Assembly: GCA_963830485.1 (NCBI GenBank)
Contig: CAWHNE010000029.1
Location: forward strand, 437,903 to 501,902
DNA length: 64,000 bases
Source of the DNA: an uncultured beta proteobacterium
Lineage (GTDB): Bacteria > Pseudomonadota > Gammaproteobacteria > Burkholderiales > Casimicrobiaceae
Reading direction: 5' to 3'
In this document: in pieces, positions 32,772 through 42,034 of the stretch
Position numbering within the stretch: the first letter of the stretch is position 1
How the letters are laid out: each line of letters starts with the position of its first letter
Program-made: the position numbers and the translations under genes
The notes under the pieces: generated by a model
Database searches by the model: none
Told to the model about the DNA's origin: nothing
The model's input: the letters and a program-made list of their open reading frames with translations, nothing else

Positions 32772-33584
32772 ATGAGTGCAAATGTTGCAAGATCGTTCGC
32801 GGCGGCGCTGGGCGTCGCTTCCGCAATGTTCGCGGCGCAGGCCGCGGCGCAGTTGACGCTCTACGAAGGTGAAGGATTCCGCGGCCACTCGTTCACGGCG
32901 AACGGGCCGATCTCCAATCTCGACGGATCGGGGTTCAACGATCGCGCGTCGTCGGCCATCGTCGACCGCGGGCGGTGGGAACTCTGCGAGCACGCGGATT
33001 TCGGCGGCCGTTGCATCGTGCTGGAGAAGGGGCAGTATCCATCGCTCGCGTACGCGGGGTTCAACAACCAGGTCTCGTCGATGCGACGCGTCAGCGGTCG
33101 ACCGAACACGGGTTACGCCCCGCCGCCGCCGCCTCCGCCGCAACCGTATCCGTACTATCAGCGCTACGGGGAGACGCTCTATCAAGCCGATGTCGTCGCC
33201 GTCCGAGCGGTCGTCGGTCCGCCTGAGCAACGCTGCTGGGTCGAGCAGCAGCAGGTCCAGTCGGGCGGCGGGCCCAACGTCGGCGGCGCCATTATCGGCG
33301 GCATTCTGGGCGGCGTGCTCGGCCACCAGATCGGCAGCGGGCGCGGCAATGACGTGGCCACTGCCGTCGGCGCCGTCGCGGGTGCGGCCGTCGGGTCGAA
33401 CGTGAACCGCGGGAGCCCGCAGACCTACACGCAGAATGTCCAGCGCTGCGAGGCCGTTCCTTCGGCACAGCCGGCGTACTGGGACGTGACCTACGTGTTC
33501 CGCGGCAACACGCACCGCGCCCAGCTCGCATTCGCCCCGGGCTCGACCATCACGGTCAACGGACGCGGGGAGCCGCGCGTGTAG
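32772..33584 (+). CDS. beta/gamma-crystallin domain - Pro-rich linker - glycine-zipper (17-kDa-antigen-like) protein
   Basis: Signal MSANVARSFAAALGVASAMFAAQAAA. Crystallin-like LTLYEGEGFRGHSF...FNDRASSAIV...WELCEHADFGGRCIVLEKGQYPSL...NNQVSSMRRV. PPPPPPPQPYPYY linker. Glycine zipper GGAIIGGILGGVLGHQIGSGRGN...AVGAVAGAAVG. Confidence 0.8.
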   Translation: MSANVARSFAAALGVASAMFAAQAAAQLTLYEGEGFRGHSFTANGPISNLDGSGFNDRASSAIVDRGRWELCEHADFGGRCIVLEKGQYPSLAYAGFNNQVSSMRRVSGRPNTGYAPPPPPPPQPYPYYQRYGETLYQADVVAVRAVVGPPEQRCWVEQQQVQSGGGPNVGGAIIGGILGGVLGHQIGSGRGNDVATAVGAVAGAAVGSNVNRGSPQTYTQNVQRCEAVPSAQPAYWDVTYVFRGNTHRAQLAFAPGSTITVNGRGEPRV

Positions 33585-33640
33585 CGGGCATCGCCGTTTC
33601 GCCTTGCTTCGGCCGCGGTTCCGCCGCGGCCGAACGCACG

Positions 33641-34054
33641 TCACGCGCCGGAGATCACCATCCACCCGACGCCGAAGCGGTCGGCAACCATCCCGAACTT
33701 CGACGCGAAGAACGTCTTGCCGATCGGCATCTGCACCTTGCCGCCGTCGGCGAGCGCGGCGAACAGGCGGTCCGCTTCGGCGTCGCTCGCCGCCGTCACC
33801 GACAGCGACAATCCCTCGAAGCTGAGCTGGCCGCTGCAGCGTCCGTCGGACGCCATCACCGTCGTGTCGCCGATCTTGAAGCTCGAGTGCATCACCTTGT
33901 TCTCGCAGCCCGGAGGAAACGTACCGGGCGGCATCGGCTCGGGGCTGTCCTTGTAGCGCATGATCTCGACGTCCTTCGCGCCGAGCGCGCGCTGGTAGAA
34001 CTGCAGGGCCTCGTCGCAGCGGCCATTGAAGAAGAAGTAGGGCTCGACACGCAT
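33641..34054 (-). CDS. VOC-superfamily protein (PhnB/YjdN-like)
   Basis: Last 137 codons of ORF 33641..34624. ATG 34054: MRVEPYFFFNGRCDEALQFYQRALGA... Confidence 0.8.
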   Translation of the reverse strand: MRVEPYFFFNGRCDEALQFYQRALGAKDVEIMRYKDSPEPMPPGTFPPGCENKVMHSSFKIGDTTVMASDGRCSGQLSFEGLSLSVTAASDAEADRLFAALADGGKVQMPIGKTFFASKFGMVADRFGVGWMVISGA

Positions 34055-34083
34055 GGCGTCTCCTTCTCGCGTCAATTGAAACG

Positions 34084-35109
34084 TCAGCATCCGGCGACGC
34101 ATTTGGCGTCGCCGTCGAACTCCATCGTCTTGCCGCTCAGCGCCGGATAGACCGGCCGGCCCTTGACGAGTGTGACAAACGCCGCGGTGCGCGAGTTCGG
34201 CCGTAGCTTGCCGGCGGTCGTCGCGCCCTCGTTCACGTGCGTCGCGATGACCGCGTTGGGACGCACGAGCTCGTTCGCCGCATAGGCTGCCGAATAGCTC
34301 GTGACCGCCGTCGGGCCCATGTTCAGCAGCATCAGGTTGGCCTTGTGGAAGTCGGCGACGACAGACTTCATCTCGGCGTGCAAGCCGGTGTCGCCGGACA
34401 GGTACACGGTCAGACCGTTCGTGAAGCGGATCACATAACCGGTCGACGGCCCGAGCGTGAGGCTCACGTTGTCCGCCTCGAGGCTCTTGCGCGCCGATTC
34501 CGAGAGCAGGTCGCGCGGGACGGTGCTGTCGTGGGCGGCGGTCACGGTCGTGATCTCTACGGCACGCGCGGCGCCGGTGGTCTTCACGTTGCGCGTGCCG
34601 CCGATCTGCACGCCGACAAGGCACGGCGCCGCGAACGGGACGACAAGGTCGGGGCCGGTCTGCACGCAGGCCGCGGTCGGCTTGCCGCGAATGGTCTCGA
34701 CCTTGCGGCCGATGAAGTTCGCCATTGGCGTGCTCATGATCACGGCGGCGTTCTTCGCCGCAGCGATCTCCGCGGTCGTCGAGTTCGGCGCCGCGGAGAC
34801 GATCTCCGGTGTGTCGCAGGTGCCGGCCTCCGTCGCTTTGAGTCTCTGGTCGCCGATGTGATCGCCGTGGGCGTGGCTCAGCAGCACGACGTGCACGGCG
34901 CCGAGTCGCGCGTCGTCGCCGCCGGTCACCGAATGTCCGGCGTCATAGAGGATGCGCACGCCGGTCGGGTCCTCGAACAGCGTCGCGCGGTCGCGCGCGC
35001 AAAGCTCGCCCGCGTGCGAGCCGAGCGGCGTGATTTTCACGTTTTGCGCGAGCGCGGGCGTCGACGCCAGCGCAAGCAGGGCGGCGAGTCGGACAATCGT
35101 TCGGATCAT
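34084..35109 (-). CDS. secreted MBL-fold metallo-hydrolase
   Basis: 341 aa with signal MIRTIVRLAALLALASTPALA and metal motif LLSHAHGDHIGD. Confidence 0.85.
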   Translation of the reverse strand: MIRTIVRLAALLALASTPALAQNVKITPLGSHAGELCARDRATLFEDPTGVRILYDAGHSVTGGDDARLGAVHVVLLSHAHGDHIGDQRLKATEAGTCDTPEIVSAAPNSTTAEIAAAKNAAVIMSTPMANFIGRKVETIRGKPTAACVQTGPDLVVPFAAPCLVGVQIGGTRNVKTTGAARAVEITTVTAAHDSTVPRDLLSESARKSLEADNVSLTLGPSTGYVIRFTNGLTVYLSGDTGLHAEMKSVVADFHKANLMLLNMGPTAVTSYSAAYAANELVRPNAVIATHVNEGATTAGKLRPNSRTAAFVTLVKGRPVYPALSGKTMEFDGDAKCVAGC

Positions 35110-35225
35110 TTGCGGAGGGCTCCGTGAGGTGGCAACGGCGTTGCGCAGTCTATTCCAAGCGGTCGCGCTCGGCGTGATCCGCTAACATTGCGCCGGGAGC
35201 GAAATTCCACGAAGACGGAAAGGCC

Positions 35226-36176
35226 ATGGACAAGCGCAAGCTGGGCAGCACGGGGTTCGACGTCGCGCCGCTCGCCCTGGGCGGCAACGTATTCGGTTGG
35301 ACCGCCGACGAGCCGACGTCGTTCGCGCTCCTCGATCGCTTCGTCGGCGCGGGCTTCAACCTGGTCGACACGGCGGACTCGTACTCGCGCTGGGCGACCG
35401 GACACCAGGGAGGCGAGTCCGAGACGATCATCGGACGCTGGATCGCACGCCGCGGGCGCCACGACGACGTGATCGTCGCAACGAAGGTCGGCTCCGACAT
35501 GGGGCAGGGCCACAAGGTGCTGCGCAAGGACTACATCCTGCGGGCGGCCGAGGCATCGCTGCGCCGATTGCAGGTCGAGTGCATCGACCTCTACCAGTCG
35601 CATTGGGACGACGAGAACACGCCGTTCGAGGAGACGCTCGCCGCGTACGAGCAGCTCCTGCGACAGGGAAAAGTGAAGGCGATCGGCGCGTCGAACCTGA
35701 CCGCCGCGCGTCTCGCGCAGGCACTCGACACCGCGCGCGTGCATGGCCTGCCGCGCTACGCCACGCTGCAGCCTCACTACAACCTCTACGAACGCGCGAG
35801 CTTCGAAGGCGAGCTGCAGGCGCTCTGCGTGCGCGAGGGGATCGGCGTCATCACGTACTTCTCGCTCGCCGCGGGCTTCCTGACGGGCAAGTACCGCACA
35901 CCGGCCGACTTCGGCAAGAGCGCGCGCGGGGAGGGTATGAAAAAATTCCTGAACGAGCGCGGCCTGCGGATCGTCGACGCGCTTGTCGCGGTCGCGCAGC
36001 GCTCGGGTGCGACGCCGGCCCAGGTCGCGCTCGCGTGGCTCATGGCACGACCGGCGGTCACGGCGCCCATCGCGAGCGCGACGAGCGTCGGCCAGCTCGA
36101 CGAGATCCTGCGTGCGGCGACGCTCACACTCGATGCGGAGGCGATGCAGACACTCGACCGGGCGAGCGCGGCCTAG
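35226..36176 (+). CDS. aldo/keto reductase
   Basis: 316 aa. MDKRKLGSTGFDVAPLALGGNVFGW..., ...DTADSY..., ...IDLYQSHWDD... Confidence 0.9.
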   Translation: MDKRKLGSTGFDVAPLALGGNVFGWTADEPTSFALLDRFVGAGFNLVDTADSYSRWATGHQGGESETIIGRWIARRGRHDDVIVATKVGSDMGQGHKVLRKDYILRAAEASLRRLQVECIDLYQSHWDDENTPFEETLAAYEQLLRQGKVKAIGASNLTAARLAQALDTARVHGLPRYATLQPHYNLYERASFEGELQALCVREGIGVITYFSLAAGFLTGKYRTPADFGKSARGEGMKKFLNERGLRIVDALVAVAQRSGATPAQVALAWLMARPAVTAPIASATSVGQLDEILRAATLTLDAEAMQTLDRASAA

Positions 36177-36234
36177 CACCCATGGCGGCGTATGATGACG
36201 GCCGCCGCCAGGGAGACTTCGGACGCGACCCACG

Positions 36235-36648
36235 ATGACGCCGCAGGACACGGTCGAGAGCGCGCACAAGGGCAAGCGCGGCCTGCAGCGCATCGTCAAC
36301 GCGTGTTTGTATTCGTGGTCGGGGCTGCGGCTCGCCTATCGCCACGAGGACGCCTTCCGGCAGGAAGTCCTGCTTGCAGTGATCCTGCTGCCGATCGCCT
36401 GCCTCGTGACGGTGACGCCGGTGGAGCGGGTCCTGCTGATCGCCACGGTGCTGCTCGTCTTGATCGTCGAGCTCCTGAATTCGAGCCTCGAGGCAGCCGT
36501 CGACCGGATCGGGCTCGAGACGCACCCTCTGTCGAAACGGGCGAAGGACATCGGCAGCGCAGCCGTGTTCCTCTCGCTCGTCCTGCTCGCCGTCACGTGG
36601 TTCCTCGTGGCCGGACCTCTGCTCCTCGCGCTCCTGCCGCAGAAGTAG
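36235..36648 (+). CDS. dgkA: diacylglycerol kinase
   Basis: 137 aa with three TM segments. DgkA signature ...AFRQE... and ...VELLNSSLEAAVDRIG... Confidence 0.85.
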   Translation: MTPQDTVESAHKGKRGLQRIVNACLYSWSGLRLAYRHEDAFRQEVLLAVILLPIACLVTVTPVERVLLIATVLLVLIVELLNSSLEAAVDRIGLETHPLSKRAKDIGSAAVFLSLVLLAVTWFLVAGPLLLALLPQK

Positions 36649-36671
36649 GTCCGCCGCCGATACGGTTGTTA

Positions 36672-38441
36672 TTACGGTCGTCCTAGCAGCGCCTGCTGGA
36701 CCTCGGCGGGACAGGCCGCTTTGGCGTAATCGAGCATCGTCTGCCCGCCCATCCGCTGCTCCGGATCGGCGCCCAGCGCCATCAGTTGCGTGACGGCCGC
36801 CGCCACCTTGGCCGGCGTCACCTGCGGCAGCCCGCAGTGCTGCAGCACGCCGCCGATCGGCGTGAACGCGGTCGTGTTGCCATTCGGCATGACGAGCGGC
36901 AGGTTGACGTTGCCCGTGTTGACGAGACGGGCGATCGCCGCGCGATCGCCCTCGCGCAGCGCACCGTAGAACTTCATCATGTCGACGCCCTTGGCGCCCG
37001 GTTGTGGCGCCGCCGGCTTCGGCAGATTGCCGGCGGCCACCGCGGCTGCGCGCACGCCCGCCTCGCGCCACGAAGGCTTGATCGAGTCCAGTGCCCCGAT
37101 CGCCGCCTGCCGAACCTTGGGATCGCTGGAATTGGCGTAGGGGCGCAATTCGTCCGCGAGCGGGCCCGCCGCGCTGTGCGCCTGGCCGATGTAGTCGAGC
37201 AGTACCGCCTGTGCTCCCGGGTCGGGATTCTGCTTCAGCGCGTCCAGGTACATCGCCGCCGATTTGGCAAAGTCGCGCTCGGTGTAGCGCAGGCCGCGGC
37301 TCGCCTGCTCGAACGGAGGTCCGGGCCGCTCGCGGCCGAGCACCGTCCGGAAAGCCTGCAGCGCCGCGGGCTTCGACGCGGTCAGCACGGCCGGCGGCAG
37401 GTCGCGCGTGCCGTCGCTCGCGTCGGCGAGTGCGGAAAGCGCGGTCGCGCGCACATCCTCCGGCGCAGCGCCTTCGGCGAGTCGCGCGAGCTCGGGCATG
37501 CCGAGCGCGGTCTTGCCGGCCACGTTCCTGAGTGCGTGTGCGGCATGGGCCTGCCGGCGCGGATCGGAAAGTGCGCGCGCCGCGGGCGGCACCCATTCGT
37601 TGAGGTCGGCCGGTTCGACGAGCTTCGGCATCAGGTCGTAGGCGGCGGCGACCGTGTCGGCGCCGGGCGCGTCGGACTCCGCGACCAGCAGGCGTGCGAA
37701 GTTCTCCGGCGGCGGCGTCGCGGCGGCCATCGCACGCAGCACGTCGCCCGTCCCCGGCCGGTTCGAGTTGACCGCGCGCTCGAGCACGGCCAGCACGCCG
37801 CGATCACCGGTGCGCACCAGGCGGACCAGCGTCGCGTTGGCGATGACGATGTTGTCGCGCGCGCCGGAACTGTCGCTCGAATTCGCGCGCACGTGCTCGT
37901 CGTAGAGCCATTCGAGCACGAAGGTCGCGAGCACCGGCGCCGGATCGATTCCGATGAGGCCGCGCGCCGCGAGGAAGCGCTCGTAACTGTAGGGGCCCGT
38001 CGTGCGCAGCGCCTTGCGGCGGACCTCGCTCAGCGACGCGGGAGACTCGCCTAGCTGTTCGAGCGCGCCGGCGGCGTACATGGCGACCGAGAGGCTCGTG
38101 TCGTTGAGCGCGACCTGCAGTGCGGGGATCGCGGCGCGGGCGGTGGCGGCGAGTTCGGCATTGCTGTTCCGCGCGACGGTCCACAGTCCGCGCGCGGCCG
38201 CGCGCCGCACAGGCTCGCTCGGCTCGTTCAGCGCCTCGATCAGCAGCGGCACCGCGGCGCGCGGCTCGTAGCGCGCGAGCGAATCGGCGGCGTCGACGCG
38301 ATCCTTGGCGCTCATGCTGCGCGACTTGAGGATGCCCGCGCTCGCCCGGATGAATGCTTCGTCGCCCGCGGCTGGCGATCCCGAGAGCGAAAGGGTGCCC
38401 GCGACGATGGCGGCGAGCAATCTCCGAAACGTCGGCGACAT
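36672..38441 (-). CDS. exported HEAT-repeat protein
   Basis: Last 589 codons of ORF 36672..38834. ATG 38441 with signal MSPTFRRLLAAIVAGTLSLSGSPAAG. HEAT-like units (...AVPLLIEALNEPSEPVRRAAARGLW...). The C-terminus resembles an ankyrin-like unit (...LMALGADPEQ...). Confidence 0.7.
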   Translation of the reverse strand: MSPTFRRLLAAIVAGTLSLSGSPAAGDEAFIRASAGILKSRSMSAKDRVDAADSLARYEPRAAVPLLIEALNEPSEPVRRAAARGLWTVARNSNAELAATARAAIPALQVALNDTSLSVAMYAAGALEQLGESPASLSEVRRKALRTTGPYSYERFLAARGLIGIDPAPVLATFVLEWLYDEHVRANSSDSSGARDNIVIANATLVRLVRTGDRGVLAVLERAVNSNRPGTGDVLRAMAAATPPPENFARLLVAESDAPGADTVAAAYDLMPKLVEPADLNEWVPPAARALSDPRRQAHAAHALRNVAGKTALGMPELARLAEGAAPEDVRATALSALADASDGTRDLPPAVLTASKPAALQAFRTVLGRERPGPPFEQASRGLRYTERDFAKSAAMYLDALKQNPDPGAQAVLLDYIGQAHSAAGPLADELRPYANSSDPKVRQAAIGALDSIKPSWREAGVRAAAVAAGNLPKPAAPQPGAKGVDMMKFYGALREGDRAAIARLVNTGNVNLPLVMPNGNTTAFTPIGGVLQHCGLPQVTPAKVAAAVTQLMALGADPEQRMGGQTMLDYAKAACPAEVQQALLGRP

Positions 38442-38564
38442 GGGAGCAACGTGCGGGCTGCGCGGATGGGTCGAGTATAGCGAGGAAGGCCGCCGCGGCA
38501 TCGTATCGTGCCGGGCCGATCGCGCCACTTGACACCGTCCGCAGGTAGGCATAAAGTGAACTAA

Positions 38565-39002
38565 ATGGTTCACTATCAGACCGCCCCCCTCGACGTCGTC
38601 TTCGGCGCGCTGGCCGACCCGACTCGCCGCGCGGTCTTGGCGCGGCTCGAGCGCGGGGAACATACGGTCGGCGAGCTTGCCGAACCGTTCGGGATGTCGC
38701 TCACAGGCTTCATCAAGCATCTGGGCATCCTGGAGGACGCGGGACTCATCGCGCGGCAGAAGTCGGGTCGCGTGGTGAGTTGCCGCCTCAGGGAAGGCGC
38801 GCTCAAGGGCGCACGCGAGTGGCTCGAACGCCACGAGTCGTTCTGGAACGTGCGGCTCGACCGCCTCGAAGCATTCCTCGAGCGAAAGGAGCAGGAGCGA
38901 TGGAACACGCCACCGACGAAGACACCCGCCTCGCCCTCCGGCGAACCTTCCAGGCCCCGGTCGCGGCGGTCTACGCGGCGTGGACGGACTCGGAGCAGAT
39001 GA
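38565..39002 (+). CDS. ArsR/SmtB-family transcriptional regulator
   Basis: ...DVVFGALADPTRRAVLARLERGEHTVGELAEPFGMSLTGFIKHLGILEDAGLI... The ORF runs ~100 nt into the next gene with an R/S/P-rich tail, so the true 3' end is uncertain. Confidence 0.75.
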   Translation: MVHYQTAPLDVVFGALADPTRRAVLARLERGEHTVGELAEPFGMSLTGFIKHLGILEDAGLIARQKSGRVVSCRLREGALKGAREWLERHESFWNVRLDRLEAFLERKEQERWNTPPTKTPASPSGEPSRPRSRRSTRRGRTRSR

Positions 39003-39346
39003 AGCACTGGATGGGGCCGTCCGACGATTTCGGCCCGTCGGAGGTGACGGGCGAGGTGCGCGTCGGCGGCCGCTATCGGATCGTCATGCACGGGCCGGGC
39101 GGCGAGACGCATCGGGTCGGCGGCGTGTTCCGCGAGGTCGTGCCGAACCGCCGGCTCGTCTATACGTGGGCGTGGGAGAGCACGCCCGAGCGTGAATCGC
39201 TGGTCACCGTCGAGTTCCGCGCGAGCGGCGGCGGCACCGAGCTCGTGCTCACGCACGACCGCTTCGCCGATCGCGACGCGCGCGACCGGCATCAACAGGG
39301 CTGGGACGGTTGCCTCGACCGCCTGGGCCGCTATCTTTCGAATTGA
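38900..39346 (+). CDS. SRPBCC-superfamily (AHSA1/START-like) protein
   Basis: Inside ORF 38780..39346. ATG 38900 after AAGGAG. ...FQAPVAAVYAAWTDSEQMKHWMGP...RLVYTWAWE...GGTELVLTH... This is the typical partner of ArsR-type regulators. Confidence 0.8.
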   Translation: MEHATDEDTRLALRRTFQAPVAAVYAAWTDSEQMKHWMGPSDDFGPSEVTGEVRVGGRYRIVMHGPGGETHRVGGVFREVVPNRRLVYTWAWESTPERESLVTVEFRASGGGTELVLTHDRFADRDARDRHQQGWDGCLDRLGRYLSN

Positions 39347-39364
39347 TTCACCAAGGAGATCGAG

Positions 39365-39730
39365 ATGGGCAATCCTTTCGTGCACTGCGAGCTCGCCACC
39401 AGCGACGTCGGCAAGGCCAAGGGCTTCTACGGCAAGCTCTTCGATTGGAAGTTCGACGACATGCCGATGGAAGGCGGAACGTACTCGGTGATCGGCGTCG
39501 GCGAAGGCACCGGCGGGGGGCTCATGAAGAACCCGATGCCGAACACGCCGTCGATGTGGATGCCCTATGTCCTCGTTCCCGACATCAAGGCGGCGACGGC
39601 GAAGGCGCGCTCGCTCGGCGCCAACGTGATGAAGGACTCCCACGAGGTGAAGGACATGGGCTGGCTGTCGATCTTCGTCGACCCGACCGGCGCGATGCTC
39701 GGGTTGTGGCAGCCCAAGCAGAAGACGTAA
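39365..39730 (+). CDS. VOC-family (glyoxalase-like) protein
   Basis: 121 aa. MGNPFVHCELATSDVGKAKGFYGKLFDW... Confidence 0.8.
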   Translation: MGNPFVHCELATSDVGKAKGFYGKLFDWKFDDMPMEGGTYSVIGVGEGTGGGLMKNPMPNTPSMWMPYVLVPDIKAATAKARSLGANVMKDSHEVKDMGWLSIFVDPTGAMLGLWQPKQKT

Positions 39731-39802
39731 CAAGATGTAGCGCAGACTTTCCAACGGCCGCGCACCGGAATACCATGGTTGCCATCCTGTTGGCAGACAA
39801 CG

Positions 39803-40399
39803 ATGGGGCGTTTGCATATAGCGGTCGCGATGGCAGCGTGGGCCGGAACGTTCGGCGTCGCGCCGGCGTGCGCGGACGTCTACGTGTGGGTCGACGCGAC
39901 CGGGCGGATGAACGTCAGTAATCTCTCTCCGCCCGAGGACGCGCAGGTCACGAGCGTGATCAAAAGCCTTCCGAGGACCGCCGCGCAGGAAGAGGCCGCC
40001 CGCGACGCGGCCCGACGCGCCGAAATGCAGGTTTTGAGCGAGCGCGTCACTCGGCTACAGGACGAGCTCGAGCAGTCCCGGCGCGAGGCCGCATGGATGC
40101 CCGCGGCCTACGCCCCGCCTCCGGTCGTCTACGGGCCGCCCCCGCCGTATTCGAGCTGGGCTCCGCCCGCGGTGTCCTACGTCGCGGAGGCCCCAACCCC
40201 ACCGCCGGCTTTCGGCTGCGATTACCCCTGGAACAATTGCGGCAGCGGCTGGGGTGCGTGGCCCTACGCGCCGACAGTCGTCGTGGTCGGCGGAAAGGGT
40301 GCTCATCACCGAGGCGGCCCGAACCACGGCATACGCCCCGTCACGCCGCGGCCGTGGTCGGGGCCCATACGCCCGCTCGGGGTATCGCGCCGAGGTTGA
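39803..40399 (+). CDS. DUF4124-domain secreted protein with Pro-rich tail
   Basis: Inside ORF 39779..40399, ATG 39803 (MGRLHIAVAMAAWAGTFGVAPACA). DVYVWVDATGRMNVSN. A coiled-coil stretch, then PPPVVYGPPPPYSSWAPP... Confidence 0.65.
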   Translation: MGRLHIAVAMAAWAGTFGVAPACADVYVWVDATGRMNVSNLSPPEDAQVTSVIKSLPRTAAQEEAARDAARRAEMQVLSERVTRLQDELEQSRREAAWMPAAYAPPPVVYGPPPPYSSWAPPAVSYVAEAPTPPPAFGCDYPWNNCGSGWGAWPYAPTVVVVGGKGAHHRGGPNHGIRPVTPRPWSGPIRPLGVSRRG

Positions 40400-40964
40400 G
40401 CTGGAGCCGTCTCGCTCGCGCGCGGGCGTGTGGGCCGAAATCGCGCGTGCGTGTAGGTACCGCACGCATCTCGAAAACAACACCGTATTCGACCGGTCGA
40501 ACCAGGATCGGCGCTGCCAGATCCTCGGCCCGGGTGAATACCCGCAGTTGTCGGGCTCGCTGTTCACTGGCATTGCCTCCGCGCAGCAGGTGTACCGTCC
40601 GGAATACGGTGCGTTGAAAATCTACAGTCGCTAGGGGTGGTGATCCCGTTCTAGGGCGAATACCGCATGCTCGCTCCCCGGCGAGTAGCCGCGGTTTTCA
40701 GGCGTGCTCGCGACGGGGGGCCACACCTGCTGGGACGACGTTTCCCTGAACGTGATACGCGCTAGGGCCCGCGCTTGTTCGTCACCGCGTTCGCATGGCC
40801 CCCGGTTGCGTCAGCTGCCAGGCGTAGGGCATGACCCCAAGCGGGTCGATGTCTTCCCCGATCATGCCCCGTGCCGCTCAAGATGGGCCAAGTCGTGCGC
40901 GTTCGGGCATTGCCTGCGCCGCGAAGGCGCACTATCGTGTTGCCATGCTGGACGGAGCGCGCGC

Positions 40965-41312
40965 ATGAAGTATCAGGGAAGCTGCCATTGCGGCAGGATC
41001 GCCTTCGAGGTCGAGGGTGACCTCACGGGAGCGACGGCCTGCAACTGCTCGATCTGCTCGCGCAAGGGCGTCCTCATGTGGTTCGTTCCGCGCGATCGGT
41101 TGCGCCTGCTCACGCCCGAAGCCGACATGGCGACGTACACATTCAACAAGCACGTGATCAAGCATCACTTCTGTCCGACGTGCGGGATCCATCCATTCGG
41201 CGAGGGCGCCGATGCCAAGGGCGGTCGCATGGCCGCGGTGAACATCCGGTGCCTCCAGGGCCTCGACGTCGACGCCGTGCCCGTCACGCAATATGACGGG
41301 CGGTCGAAGTAG
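40965..41312 (+). CDS. GFA-family (CENP-V/glutathione-dependent formaldehyde-activating-like) zinc protein
   Basis: Tail of ORF 40704..41312. ATG 40965: MKYQGSCHCGRIAFEV...ACNCSICSRKG...HHFCPTCGIH. Confidence 0.85.
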   Translation: MKYQGSCHCGRIAFEVEGDLTGATACNCSICSRKGVLMWFVPRDRLRLLTPEADMATYTFNKHVIKHHFCPTCGIHPFGEGADAKGGRMAAVNIRCLQGLDVDAVPVTQYDGRSK

Positions 41313-41435
41313 CGGAGGGCCCGCGATGTTCTGGGGCGGATTCGAGACGATGGTGGAGTTGCCGGGGCGTTGACGCCAAGTCCGCCGCCTAGGCACCCCA
41401 GGCGACGACGGCCGATCGCGCTACAGCGCAAGACT

Positions 41436-41921
41436 CTACGGGAGCAGCGTGCCCTGGTCGGCGATCGATAGCCACTTGCCGCCCTCGTGAACGTAGGTCA
41501 CCGAGGTCAGCGCGCGCTGGTGGAACCCGATCGACGGGATGTCGTATGTGGCGTCGTAGAGAATGTATCCCGTCGAGCAGCCGTCGACGAATCGATAGAG
41601 CTCGATCCAGCTCCAGACGGCAGTCTTGTTGACGAAATGCGGATGGAGCGCGGCTGCGATCGCGTCGATGCCCTGGCGCCGCGCCCCGCTCGCGAAAATG
41701 GTGATGGCTTCCGGATGATGGCCGGCAAGCCAGGTCGCTTCGTCGAAATCCCTGAACGACTCCATATCGACGCGTTGTGCCTCCTCGAACTGACGGGCAC
41801 AGCCTTCAGCTTTCGCGAGTCCGTCGGCTGCGACCGTACCGGGGGCGGCAGCGGTCGCCGTGAAGAGCACGGCCGTCAGGGCAAGGGGAATCGAGGTCGT
41901 CTTCAGGGCTGACATGGGCAC
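41436..41921 (-). CDS. exported NTF2-like (SnoaL/DUF4440-type) protein
   Basis: 161 aa with signal ...LALTAVLFTATAAAPG. The fold assignment rests only on size and sequence pattern, so it is weaker. Confidence 0.55.
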   Translation of the reverse strand: MPMSALKTTSIPLALTAVLFTATAAAPGTVAADGLAKAEGCARQFEEAQRVDMESFRDFDEATWLAGHHPEAITIFASGARRQGIDAIAAALHPHFVNKTAVWSWIELYRFVDGCSTGYILYDATYDIPSIGFHQRALTSVTYVHEGGKWLSIADQGTLLP

Positions 41922-42034
41922 CTCCGCGTGAATTGGGCACTACGGCGATGACGATACGCAGGGAGGCGGACCAGTGGAATAGCCAATTTCTTTCAACTAG
42001 ACTAGACCAATAGGCTTGGATACCATCGTCGGCA

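Noticed and set aside
38900-39002. A frameshift in the ArsR gene, because its ORF overlaps the SRPBCC gene by ~100 nt
   Set aside because: No alternative frame gives a better C-terminus. In GC-rich DNA a late stop is common. I keep the ORF as is and flag the 3' end as uncertain.
40478-40608. 10-nt inverted match CACCGTATTC ... GAATACGGTG spaced ~110 nt apart
   Set aside because: A single 10-mer match at that distance is expected by chance several times in 64 kb, and there is no supporting structure.
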